A stretch of 64,000 nucleotides of DNA from Candidatus Sumerlaeales bacterium (GTDB lineage Bacteria; Sumerlaeota; Sumerlaeia; Sumerlaeales; Sumerlaeaceae). The position numbers and the translations under genes are program-made. Shown here one piece after another: positions 10,167-19,754 of the stretch. The notes under the pieces are model-generated. The model was given only the letters and a program-made list of their open reading frames with translations, was not told the origin of the DNA and ran no database searches. Numbering within the stretch: position 1 is the first letter of the stretch; each line of letters begins with the position of its first letter. The DNA is taken from contig JBBSQY010000007.1 of the NCBI GenBank assembly GCA_038243585.1, forward strand, positions 5,069 to 69,068. The letters are read 5' to 3'.

Positions 10167-11506
10167 TAATCTTGTCCAGACATTGATTTAATGTCTGTTA
10201 AGCAAGTGTTAACAAGTACCTTTGGAATTCCTCCCATACGCCCCTGAAGGTAGCTCTTTTGAATGTCTTTGTCACTTCTTACATCTTTATACTCGCTAAA
10301 AGAATGCAATGTGGATGCACCATTTTTAGATTTTTCGGTGATCCACATTTCGTCTCTTCGCAAAATTTCCTGATCCATCAGCATGACGTCGTGGGTAGTC
10401 AAAAACAGTTGGGCGCGGGAATTAGGTGAGCAACTCGTTAAAAAAAGTTGGACGAGCCTTCTTGTCATCAGTGTGTGCAAGCTGCGATCCAGTTCATCGA
10501 TGACAAAGACCTTTTTGCTATTTTTAGCACAAATGGCAAAAAATGCTGGGAGCAAATCTAAAAGTCGTTGAGACCCGTCGGACTCTTGGCGCAAATCAAA
10601 TTTAATTTCTTCGCCCTCCTGACTCGTATGGAAGGTGACGAGTTTCTTCGCGCTTATTTCTCCCTCTTGCCTCGTAATAATAATTCTTTCACTAGTTCGG
10701 CCAACTTCAATCCGGGCAGCATCTCCAGCCTTTAACTTTTCACGAATTTCTGTCTTGAAATTCTCTGGAATTAAAATAGAATCAAATGGCACTTCTTCCC
10801 CGCCTATACTATGGATTCCAGTATCCAATTTTGGCAGAATAGCATTCATAATTGTATAGAGTGAGTGTTCCTCATCCAAAAATTGATCAAATCTAGCGTA
10901 TTGACTGTCCGGGGAAACGAGTTCCAGAGTGTCGTCGAACCAGTCAAAGACGGGCCTGAAAGTTTCTACTTTTTGGGAGATTGCATTGGTAAGGAATAAT
11001 TGATTTTCCCGGGTGCCTTGAAAAGCAAATTGTAAGAATTTCTGATCCGGTAATGCAGAATCAAATTTGCATTTGCCGGACTTTCGGTGATATAACACCT
11101 TCTCGCCAGCAGGTTGTATCTCTGTAAGTTTTTCTTCCAGTACAGTTTTTCTTGTCACGGAAAAACTGAAAATATGAATCCGATCCTCAACCAAAATAGA
11201 GAAAGAAAACTTTGAGGGACTGTCTTTATATTTAGCTTGAAGCTTAAAGGGTTCAACCAAAATAAAGGCATCGGGCCTGGTGCCATCAACAACAAGATCT
11301 TTCACAAAGCTCATAGCCCTGAAAAACGCGGTTTTCCCCGACGCGTTTGCCCCGTAAATCGCCGCTACTGGCAAAATTTTCAGTTTGTATTTAGAAAGTT
11401 GAGGAAGTCTTTCTCCATGCTGCCTCTCACGGCTTGCGGCGGTAGAGAATACGGTTTTGTCCCGAAACGACATCCAATTTTCAATTTGCAGTTCTATTAA
11501 CACCAA
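10166..11506 (-). CDS. RloA/AbiLi-like AAA (AAA_21-type ABC) ATPase
   Basis: IENWMSF, YGANASGKT, ESDGSQRL, VIDELDRSLH, LTTH, YLQGRMGGIP. Lies directly upstream of rloB. Confidence 0.85.
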   Translation of the reverse strand: MVLIELQIENWMSFRDKTVFSTAASRERQHGERLPQLSKYKLKILPVAAIYGANASGKTAFFRAMSFVKDLVVDGTRPDAFILVEPFKLQAKYKDSPSKFSFSILVEDRIHIFSFSVTRKTVLEEKLTEIQPAGEKVLYHRKSGKCKFDSALPDQKFLQFAFQGTRENQLFLTNAISQKVETFRPVFDWFDDTLELVSPDSQYARFDQFLDEEHSLYTIMNAILPKLDTGIHSIGGEEVPFDSILIPENFKTEIREKLKAGDAARIEVGRTSERIIITRQEGEISAKKLVTFHTSQEGEEIKFDLRQESDGSQRLLDLLPAFFAICAKNSKKVFVIDELDRSLHTLMTRRLVQLFLTSCSPNSRAQLFLTTHDVMLMDQEILRRDEMWITEKSKNGASTLHSFSEYKDVRSDKDIQKSYLQGRMGGIPKVLVNTCLTDIKSMSGQD

Positions 11507-11593
11507 TTTGCCTCAATCGAAAATTTCTCTTAAACCATATAGTTTTTGCACCTAAAAGGCTAGAGGCGTGTAATTCAAGAGAAAATGTCTCGC

Positions 11594-14419
11594 TTAAACC
11601 CTAAACACTTTCATCACTTCATCGCCTAGGTGGTTGATCACTTTCACCGCGATTCGTCCGGTTTCCGGTTTGGCGAACGGGCGGGAGGTGTCGCTGTTTA
11701 GTGTATCCCAGGCTTCTTGGTCGATCTCGGCTTTGAGCGTTGTCTTTAGCGACTTATATGGGTCGTTTGCGCCGAGGAAGTACGCCTGTCTTACGAAGAA
11801 ACTTTCTTCGTTATAGTCCGTATCGATGAACCAGCAGGCGATTCCGTCGGCGCCGTCGCTTCTGACTTCTCCTGATGCCGGATGAAAGACGTCTACGCCG
11901 TTCACCCTTACCTGGATTCGGTCGTTGTCGGCCGGCAGGATTTCCACGTCAGGCTCGCCGAAGATCACGAAAAGGTTGCCCTTGCCGGTATTTTTCAGGT
12001 CCGTTGCCATGTGGAGATCAGCGTTCATTCTGGCCTTCAGCACCGGCAGACGGCCCAGCTTACTGAACTCCGTGCTGTGGGCATCATAGGCGAAGGCGCA
12101 ACTGATCAACACATCAAAATCTGCGTCGCCAGCTTCGCGCGCGGCCTCTACCAGGTCCGGGCGTGATACAGTCCCGAACTCCGGACCAAGGAAAACGGCC
12201 GCGCGCTTCTCCTTACCGTTGCCATCGCCGCCGCTTTCCATGTACCGGCCTTCAGCGCAGATACGGTCTCCTGCCCATGGTTTTAGCGATGTGAAGTTGA
12301 TCTTATCTTTCTTGTCCGATTGTTGCACGCCGGATGTCCGCAGGTTCTCAAGGATCATGGAAACAAAGGTTTGTCCTTCACCATAGGCCCCAGAGCCATC
12401 GGCAATCCGGTCGATCAATTCGTCATTTTCATCCAGACCAAGCACCCGGTGGGGAGACAGGCTTTCCACGGTGAAAGGTCCGGCCACGCGGACTTTCTTT
12501 TTATCTTCATAGGGTTTGTCATAAAGATATTCGGTATCGGCGCGGGCGGCGATAGACGCATCGATCTCTTTCTGGCCGGCGATGCGGTTTTCCCACCACT
12601 CCTTGTGAAGAGTGTGGGCTTCCATAGGCCAGGATGGTTCCGCCTCCCGGGGTATCTCCCATTCTTCCCAGGACTTGCCCAAGGTCTTGTTTAGCTTCTC
12701 CCTGATGGGTTCAAGGATTTCCTGGAACTGGTCCCAGATCACATCGATCTCTGTATTATTAGCGATGGATTTCAGGGTGATGTGAGGCACACGCTCATAA
12801 ACGAACCCATGGCGTATATCGCCTCGAGTAGATGCCGATGAAGGTTCGGCGCGGGTGATCTCAGCTTCCTTCTGTTGACCTTCGGAGGAGTCGGCGAGCA
12901 AATAATATGGATATCGGGCCCCCATAATGCGCGCCCGCGCAAGGGCCATAGCTACGCGGGAAGTGTCTACGGTGATCCAACGCCTTCCTAATTGTTCAGC
13001 GACATATGCGGTCGTACCTGATCCCATTGTTGGATCAAGGACGAGATCGCCTGGATCGGTCGCCATCAAAATACAACGCTCAATAACTCGAGGGGATGTC
13101 TCTACTACATAATTCAAACCGACTCCAATTTGCATCGAATCCCACCGTTCTGTTAGGGGAATTACTGCGAAATCGCCAACAAACCTTTTATATCTTACTG
13201 TTTTTCCAGTACTTACTATCCGATCGCTTTTGATAAGTCGACGTAATCCCAATTCTGTAGTTTTCCAGTGAGAACCCCTACGTGTCTCGTAAATCTTTCC
13301 TTGAAAAAGAAGCTCGCGACTCGCGTTTGGTGATTCACCGTCCGAAAACAAAGGAGCTGCTTGCAATCGTTTCAGAAAATCGACAGAAGATGTAGCTTTA
13401 CTTACAGCCTCTTTCTTAAACGGGATAGACTCATGCTGATCATATCGCTCGAGAGACTTCTCTCCCTCCTTTCGCTCTAGGTAAAGCTGCCGAAACTTAG
13501 TACTGGCTCTGTTTTTCCCATACCAGATTATGTAGTCTTGGGTAGACTCGATGAAGTTGCCTTCAATTCCGCCAGTCTTCTGAAATCCGATAAGGACAAT
13601 AAAGTTGTCTGATCCGAAAATCTCATCCATCATTACTCGGACACGGTGGACATTTTCGTCTCCAATCTGGACAAATACTGATCCAGAGTCGGTCAGTAGA
13701 TCTCTCGCCAGTATTAGTCGATCACGCAAATAAGTCAGGTATGAGTGGATACCATCTCGCCATGTATCGCGAAATGCTCTCACCTGCTCCGGCTCACGGG
13801 TGATGTTGTCGGCCTTGCCGTCCTTCACGTCGCGGTTGGTGGTGCTCCACTGGAAGTTGCTATTAAACTTAATGCCGTAAGGGGGATCAAAGTAGATACA
13901 CTGTACCTTGCCTCTCAGCCCCTCGCGCTCGGCCAGAGATGCCATCACCTGGAGGCTATCGCCCAGGATCATGCGGTTTGCCCAATGGGCATCGTGCTGG
14001 TAGAACTCCGTCTTGGCGTCGGAACTCGGCAATCCGTTAAAGTCCGCAAACAGATCAACCTGTTCATCTTCCTCTGGTGGCGCGGCTTTTTTGCTCTGGC
14101 GCACCAGGTCATCAATGAGAACCTTGGGATGAATCTTCTCCTGGATATAAAGCGGCGGCGCCTGCACTACCAGGTCTGACCAATCCTGCTGATCCTTTCC
14201 GCGCCACATCAACTGCGGATCCAAATCCACATTGCGCTGTTCCTTCTCCTGCTCCAGCCCTTCACTACCCCGCCCGTAAATCACCTTAACAGGGTCATGC
14301 TGCTCCTTGGCGACAATAGACTGATACTCAGCCGTAGGAATGTTTTTACGAGTCGCATCCTCATGGACGAGCGTCTCGATAGATTTTGCTGCGGTGGAGG
14401 TGATTCTCTTTGGGGGCAT
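11594..14419 (-). CDS. mod: Type III R-M methyltransferase subunit (beta-class amino-MTase)
   Basis: Catalytic FDPPYG precedes SAM-binding LDPTMGSGTT, with a variable TRD in between. Co-oriented with res. Confidence 0.9.
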   Translation of the reverse strand: MPPKRITSTAAKSIETLVHEDATRKNIPTAEYQSIVAKEQHDPVKVIYGRGSEGLEQEKEQRNVDLDPQLMWRGKDQQDWSDLVVQAPPLYIQEKIHPKVLIDDLVRQSKKAAPPEEDEQVDLFADFNGLPSSDAKTEFYQHDAHWANRMILGDSLQVMASLAEREGLRGKVQCIYFDPPYGIKFNSNFQWSTTNRDVKDGKADNITREPEQVRAFRDTWRDGIHSYLTYLRDRLILARDLLTDSGSVFVQIGDENVHRVRVMMDEIFGSDNFIVLIGFQKTGGIEGNFIESTQDYIIWYGKNRASTKFRQLYLERKEGEKSLERYDQHESIPFKKEAVSKATSSVDFLKRLQAAPLFSDGESPNASRELLFQGKIYETRRGSHWKTTELGLRRLIKSDRIVSTGKTVRYKRFVGDFAVIPLTERWDSMQIGVGLNYVVETSPRVIERCILMATDPGDLVLDPTMGSGTTAYVAEQLGRRWITVDTSRVAMALARARIMGARYPYYLLADSSEGQQKEAEITRAEPSSASTRGDIRHGFVYERVPHITLKSIANNTEIDVIWDQFQEILEPIREKLNKTLGKSWEEWEIPREAEPSWPMEAHTLHKEWWENRIAGQKEIDASIAARADTEYLYDKPYEDKKKVRVAGPFTVESLSPHRVLGLDENDELIDRIADGSGAYGEGQTFVSMILENLRTSGVQQSDKKDKINFTSLKPWAGDRICAEGRYMESGGDGNGKEKRAAVFLGPEFGTVSRPDLVEAAREAGDADFDVLISCAFAYDAHSTEFSKLGRLPVLKARMNADLHMATDLKNTGKGNLFVIFGEPDVEILPADNDRIQVRVNGVDVFHPASGEVRSDGADGIACWFIDTDYNEESFFVRQAYFLGANDPYKSLKTTLKAEIDQEAWDTLNSDTSRPFAKPETGRIAVKVINHLGDEVMKVFRV

Positions 14420-14421
14420 TA

Positions 14422-15267
14422 TTAGTTCTCGTCTTCGGCAGCACTTGGTTTTTTTGTATCGATGTTGGGTAGCGATTTTTCCAGGACTGAGACAACTCCG
14501 TCCACATGCTCATGGAGATCATCATTGATACTCTGTCCCAAAGAGTCAAGGAGGACTTCAACACCTTCACGGCGTGCGACCTTGGCAGCCGGAACGAAGT
14601 CGCTGTCGCCGGTTACCAGAATTATTGTATCAATTTGTTTCTTTAGCGTCAGTGTAGAAATATCAACTCCGATGCGCATATCCACACCCTTTTGACGGAG
14701 CCCCAGGCGAACATCATTGGGAGTTACCGCCTGCCAGGAAGTAACTATCTTTTGGAGCTTGGCAGCTTGCTCCTGCGTTAAAGGAACGGGCTCTTCGCCT
14801 GTTTCCGCTTTTACGATAGCGCCTTCCAGCACATGGACCCAGTCTCGCAGGCGAAGTAGCCGCTTTGTTGTGTCTGTATTAGCTATATGCCAACCGTCTT
14901 CCCGGACCACCTTGCCAAGTCGCAAAGCAAACTTTCGCCTTGTTCGAAGTTCGCGGAATAGCTCGTGGCGAAAGATTGCTTCAGGCGTTCTGTCAAAATG
15001 GATCTGACGGTTCTCCAGTGGGTGGTGTGCCGTTCCGTCGTATGGTAACGCATCATAGTAGAAAAGTCGATACACGTGATCTAGCCAACGTTCATCACTG
15101 GGATGGGCAGACTCCTCCACCAGCTTAAGCACGTGCTCTTTACAAAGAGTCACGGCCCAGTCTGCCACCTCTTTTGGGGTCGTGCATCTATGATGACCGA
15201 CGATCTTCGATACCCGCCGAAGAAAGAATGCGCCATCAATAAGAATGGCAATTCGCCTAATCCGCAT
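14422..15267 (-). CDS. NYN (PIN-like, LabA/DUF88) ribonuclease-domain protein
   Basis: ILIDGAFF, FYYDA, QKGVDMRIGVD, TGDSDFVP, HVDG acidic tetrad. RBS-like AGGAG upstream of the ATG. Confidence 0.9.
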   Translation of the reverse strand: MRIRRIAILIDGAFFLRRVSKIVGHHRCTTPKEVADWAVTLCKEHVLKLVEESAHPSDERWLDHVYRLFYYDALPYDGTAHHPLENRQIHFDRTPEAIFRHELFRELRTRRKFALRLGKVVREDGWHIANTDTTKRLLRLRDWVHVLEGAIVKAETGEEPVPLTQEQAAKLQKIVTSWQAVTPNDVRLGLRQKGVDMRIGVDISTLTLKKQIDTIILVTGDSDFVPAAKVARREGVEVLLDSLGQSINDDLHEHVDGVVSVLEKSLPNIDTKKPSAAEDEN

Positions 15268-15290
15268 AGCTACACTCCTGATCAGGCAAT

Positions 15291-15351
15291 AAAAAAGCCC
15301 CAGGATTTCGGGAACGCTCCGGATTGGTGAGCGCCTCTACTCTCAAGGGGC
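15291..15351 (-). ncRNA. Candidate structured leader/small RNA upstream of the NYN gene
   Basis: Minus strand GCCCCUUGAGAGUAGAGGCGCUCACCAAUCCGGAGCGUUCCCGAAAUCCUGGGGCUUUUUU. Outer stem GCCCC/GGGGC, inner stem GCGCUC/GAGCGU, AGUA/GAA internal loop, U6 tail. Confidence 0.55.
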
Positions 15352-15579
15352 GGATACATAAATTTGGTGTTAATTTAAACAAACCACATACAGTAAAATT
15401 TCGGTTCGCAATAACTTTTCCGACACCTATAGAAAGATTATGCGAGGAGCCACCTGAGAGGCGTTCATAGGTTTCGGGCGAAAAGGATGGTCTCAAAGTT
15501 GGTGTGTTCAAAGTTGTATTTTCCCTGTTAATAAAATTTTAGTGACTACCAGCTCGGGAGGCGTTTGACGCAAGAGAGG

Positions 15580-18500
15580 CTAAACAACAACCTCTTCAAC
15601 CTGAGCATCTATCATTTCATTAAAAGCGGCTTCCACCTTATCACCGAACTCGGCTTCCATGGCAAAGACCTCTTTAAACTCGGCAAAGGCCCACCGTCCA
15701 TATTGCTTTAAATGATTAACGCCGGGTATCCAGTAGGCGTCCATAGTCTGTTTCTTAAACTTGGCATCTTCGCCGCGGTACCCTTTGATCTCCACTACGA
15801 GATGCAGCGGATCCTCTTGGCCATCGTCCACAAGAACAATAAAGTCTGGCCGGTACATGCGGTTTTCAGAACCGAACCGGTATGGCACTTCAAAGCCCAT
15901 GCTATGGTTTTTCACATAAGCTTTGACCCGGGGATGAGTTTCCGCGACCCGGCAAAATTCAGCCTCCCAGTCGCTATCGAGGATGACCCAATTAACATGA
16001 CAGCGATCGGGCGAGGTTTTCCACCGTTCCGTCCTGGAAGTATTGAAGAGAACTGAACTTGTGGAACCTGACGGGCGGTATGGATCAACCACTGCCATTA
16101 TAGGTGAAACGTCTGCCATGGCCAGGGTAATGCCGGTTGTTATCTTTTCGCAGGCCATGTCGGCCAGTTCCTGGTACATAAGCTGGGCAGGGTACGTGCC
16201 GCCAGTGCAGACAAGGCAGGTATCCAGCCACTGCTTGGTGACGCGCCGCATATCATTAATGAGATGAACCTTGGGATCATCCCCCGGCTTACGCCACTTG
16301 GTATATACCAGCCGCTTGGCCAGATGAAAGATCAGAGTGGAAGTACGCATGTCTTCCAAATGCTTTAACGTAAGATCGATCCCCTCACCGATAATACCAT
16401 AGACTTGAACCTGAGACGGACCGACGAGGCGCGGATTCAGTTCGAGAACTGAGTCTTCATCATATTTCGCGATGAGCCGCTCTGATGGCAATTCAACGCG
16501 GTAACCCTGCACCCGAGGGAAAACAATTTCCAGGGCATCGCGATCCGGCCGTATGGCTTTGACGGTAATTGTCTCGCGGGGTGGCTGGGGTTTAGCGACT
16601 ACAGGTTTGGCGTTGAAGTCGAACGGAATGCCAAGGACGTCCGCATACTCGACATTAAAAAGTCCATCTTCGTTGAGATCATAAGACTGCCGGCGCAATG
16701 CGCGGCCAATGACCTGTTCGCACAAAAGCTGAGTTCCAAATGCGCGCACGCCAAGCACGTGGGTAACGGTATTGGCATCCCAACCCTCCGTCAACATAGA
16801 AACCGACACAACACACCGGATGGCTTCACCCAGCCGACCTTTTTTGCCTACGGTGTTCATGACCTCTCGAAGCAGCTCATTGTCCGGGATTGAATCGGCA
16901 TCTATAGATGTGCCGGTTCTGGCGATGATTTCGCGGCGGAATCGTTCTATTTCGTGGGCGGCTATCTTGCGGAAGTTGTCGTCAAGCGCCTCCCCGGACT
17001 CAAGCTGGGCACTATCGATAAGAAGGGTGCGTGGCTGCGGGTGTGGGTTATCATACTCATCGAAGTTGCGGAAAAGTTCCAAGCTACCGCGGACATGACG
17101 GCCAAGACCATCTTCGCCCAATTGCTCAAACCCGGATATGTACTCATATACAAGTTTTGAAATGGCGGTGTTTTGACAGACGACAATGAAGCAGGGCGGA
17201 ACATCAATGCCGCTCTCCTGCCAGAGTTCAAAGGTGGACTTGTAGTGACCGTACAGCGCCTCCAATGCGCTTTTCAGCAGTGTTGGCAGACTCAAAGGAT
17301 CTAGTGATCCCGATTTTGCGCGGCTACTTTTCGGCAGTTTTACTTTACCTTTGCTAAGGTGTTTCCACAAGTCACGGAACATCGGCATCTCGGTTCCCGG
17401 CAGGTTATCTGCAACGGGGACGCGGGGCAACTTAACAATGCCGCTCTCGATGGCATCCATAAGGGAAAAGTCGCTCATGGTCCAGGGAAAGAGAGTTCCC
17501 TCGGCATACCCAGAGCCACTGAGGAAAAAAGGTGTGGCTGATAGATCGACAACGGCATTTAGGCCGAGCTTCCGCTTTACGATTTCAATGCCAGAGATCC
17601 ACAGCCGGGCCGCCTCAGTGTTCTCTTTGGCTTCTGAATCACTCTTTTCGACGGCCACTTCATCGGAGTCACCCGGCTTTTCCCTGTAACAATGATGGGC
17701 CTCGTCGTTGAGTACCATAATGTTCCTGGTGCCCATAAGTGACGGCATCACCCGCTGGATCATCTTCCCTTCGGTTTCCAAGGTCTGAATGTCGGTTCCT
17801 GTGCGTCCCTTCAGCAGCGCGCGATTGCCGGCAGCAATGTCCATGGTCTCGCGGAGCTTAAAGGAATGATAGTTCGTAATGACGATGTTGGCTTTGCCGA
17901 GATCCGGGAGCATGTCTGTCGGAACGAGTTCTCGGGACTTGTAGTAGCTGTCAGGATCAGCTGGCTGCAGTACGCGAAGCCGGTCTTTAATGGTAATGCC
18001 GGGTGTAACAATGAGGAAACCACGGGTGAACTTGTTGCTGCCGGGCCGGCGCACTGCATTAACCGTCTGCCATGCAATGATCATGGCCATTACCGTAGTT
18101 TTGCCGGCACCAGTAGCCAGCTTAAGGGCGATACGCATCAGCTCCGGGTTGGCGTCGCGGTTAGCGTTGGTGATATGCTCCAGGAACTCCTTGTCCACTT
18201 TGCTTTGCGGCGCGACCTCCGTAAGCCATATCAGGGTTTCAGCCGCCTCTACCTGGCAAAAGAATGGTCGTACGCCGTTGAATTCATACTGACGCCAGTG
18301 TTGAAGGAGACGCGCTGTTTCCGGAGTTACCTGCCAGTCGTTTGGGTTTGGGAGCTTGCGCCAGAAATCGACTTTTTGCCGCAATGCATTAATGACAGGA
18401 TTAGGGTCATACTTCTGTTTTTCCGTTGAGACGCCATCACTATCCAGATTAAGCTCAACCTGATCCTTACTGCCAGTCCGCTTCCTGGATTTGGGGATTG

Positions 18501-18636
18501 GTGTGATGAACTCAGCAATCCGCCTGCGCTCGACAATCTGCTGGGTAGGCTGGCCTTCGGTGTCGAGTTCCCAATGACGGGCTGGGTACTCGTAAGGCGA
18601 GTTCAAGATCGGCTGTTCGAAAAAGCGGTTTTCCAT
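15580..18636 (-). CDS. res: Type III restriction endonuclease/helicase subunit
   Basis: KLATGAGKT, NDEAHH, LSATP, QVIGRALR, C-terminal PDFIV...VEIKG nuclease motif. Start placed at MENRFF (18636) rather than 18672. Confidence 0.9.
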   Translation of the reverse strand: MENRFFEQPILNSPYEYPARHWELDTEGQPTQQIVERRRIAEFITPIPKSRKRTGSKDQVELNLDSDGVSTEKQKYDPNPVINALRQKVDFWRKLPNPNDWQVTPETARLLQHWRQYEFNGVRPFFCQVEAAETLIWLTEVAPQSKVDKEFLEHITNANRDANPELMRIALKLATGAGKTTVMAMIIAWQTVNAVRRPGSNKFTRGFLIVTPGITIKDRLRVLQPADPDSYYKSRELVPTDMLPDLGKANIVITNYHSFKLRETMDIAAGNRALLKGRTGTDIQTLETEGKMIQRVMPSLMGTRNIMVLNDEAHHCYREKPGDSDEVAVEKSDSEAKENTEAARLWISGIEIVKRKLGLNAVVDLSATPFFLSGSGYAEGTLFPWTMSDFSLMDAIESGIVKLPRVPVADNLPGTEMPMFRDLWKHLSKGKVKLPKSSRAKSGSLDPLSLPTLLKSALEALYGHYKSTFELWQESGIDVPPCFIVVCQNTAISKLVYEYISGFEQLGEDGLGRHVRGSLELFRNFDEYDNPHPQPRTLLIDSAQLESGEALDDNFRKIAAHEIERFRREIIARTGTSIDADSIPDNELLREVMNTVGKKGRLGEAIRCVVSVSMLTEGWDANTVTHVLGVRAFGTQLLCEQVIGRALRRQSYDLNEDGLFNVEYADVLGIPFDFNAKPVVAKPQPPRETITVKAIRPDRDALEIVFPRVQGYRVELPSERLIAKYDEDSVLELNPRLVGPSQVQVYGIIGEGIDLTLKHLEDMRTSTLIFHLAKRLVYTKWRKPGDDPKVHLINDMRRVTKQWLDTCLVCTGGTYPAQLMYQELADMACEKITTGITLAMADVSPIMAVVDPYRPSGSTSSVLFNTSRTERWKTSPDRCHVNWVILDSDWEAEFCRVAETHPRVKAYVKNHSMGFEVPYRFGSENRMYRPDFIVLVDDGQEDPLHLVVEIKGYRGEDAKFKKQTMDAYWIPGVNHLKQYGRWAFAEFKEVFAMEAEFGDKVEAAFNEMIDAQVEEVVV

Positions 18637-19122
18637 AATTCCATCCCTGCTGCCATTGCGGCTGCGCATCATGCACTAAGTCGTGGCCAGCTGGCACCGT
18701 ATGTCAACTGGTTGCAACCATAAAAGGTACCGTTATTATACCTGCACCCATATCGCTTCCAAGGGCGTTCCACTGGGTGAAAGGCGTTCTCGGCGTCATC
18801 TGGACAGAATGCTGTTTCTGAGATGGAATTGACGAGCGTATATAGTGGGTTTTCTCACAAGTACAAAACCGACCGAGCCCCTGGCAGCCTGCAGACAGCA
18901 TCTGCTTAATTCCCGCAGCAATTATTGCCCTACAGACATCGCAGCCGCACCCAGCGTTACCATGAACTTCAACTGCAGATTAGCTAAACGTAGTATGACT
19001 GAGCCCTACTCTCCGTAGAAGCCCTGCTCACAATGCGCTGACGCGGCAGCGGCGCCTGAGATTTGTGTGCAGCCCTACTAAATACTCCCAGACACACCAG
19101 CCACAACAGCGAGGGAGCTACC

Positions 19123-19425
19123 ATGAAAAAGGCAAAGATCGATACATGCGAAGGCATTAGAGTTGCAGGCAAGACACCGGCAAGATTCAATGGTCTGGAG
19201 GCGGTTCGCAAATGGATACCCTGCGAAGAATTTTGCGAGTTATACAGGCTTCCCATCACCCGGCCTCCAAGGAAGACGCTGGCTAAGTATTCTACTTCAA
19301 AAGCCACGGCGGCCAGGAAATGCTGCGAACGACTAGCTGCGAAAGGACTCATTAAGACGCACCGGATCGACGGTCGCCTGTACGTAGCGATGGAGTCAGT
19401 AAGGTCGTTCGGAGAAAAGGCATGA
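19123..19425 (+). CDS. Small basic winged-helix/excisionase-like protein
   Basis: GAGGGAG RBS before ATG 19123. The C-terminus RLAAKGLIKTHRIDGRLYVAMESV resembles Xis-type HTH wings. Confidence 0.5.
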   Translation: MKKAKIDTCEGIRVAGKTPARFNGLEAVRKWIPCEEFCELYRLPITRPPRKTLAKYSTSKATAARKCCERLAAKGLIKTHRIDGRLYVAMESVRSFGEKA

Positions 19426-19491
19426 AGCAGCCGTCTTTAAACCACCCCACCGGGCTTCTTATGGTCACGACTTTAGCTGCTCTGGCTCAGG

Positions 19492-19636
19492 GTTTCAGTG
19501 ACTTTCGGTGGATTACAAACTCACACGCTACGACATCCAGACTATTGGTGCCGTTACTTTTAGCTGAGCCCGAACCGGCCATAACCTTCTGTCCGGACCT
19601 GACGGCAACCATAAAGCCACCGAAAGTCGCTGAAAC
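19492..19636 (+). repeat. 20-bp inverted repeat closing a long multi-stem structure
   Basis: GTTTCAGTGACTTTCGGTGG (19492-19511) vs CCACCGAAAGTCGCTGAAAC (19617-19636): 19/20 Watson-Crick pairs plus one U.G. Inner stem at 19543-19556/19600-19613. Confidence 0.85.
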
Positions 19637-19754
19637 TATGATACCATGGGCTTCTCGGGCCCCTCCACAATAAGTTTATGGCAAATTAACAAGTACACTC
19701 GCTGGTGCGTTAACCTAGTAATAAACCATAAAATATACGGTATAGGAGCAGCAA

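Noticed and set aside
19422-19673. 83-aa ORF overlapping the stop of the Xis-like gene (ATGA)
   Set aside because: No recognisable motif, and it coincides with the strongly base-paired region. Not called as a CDS, though a leader peptide cannot be excluded.
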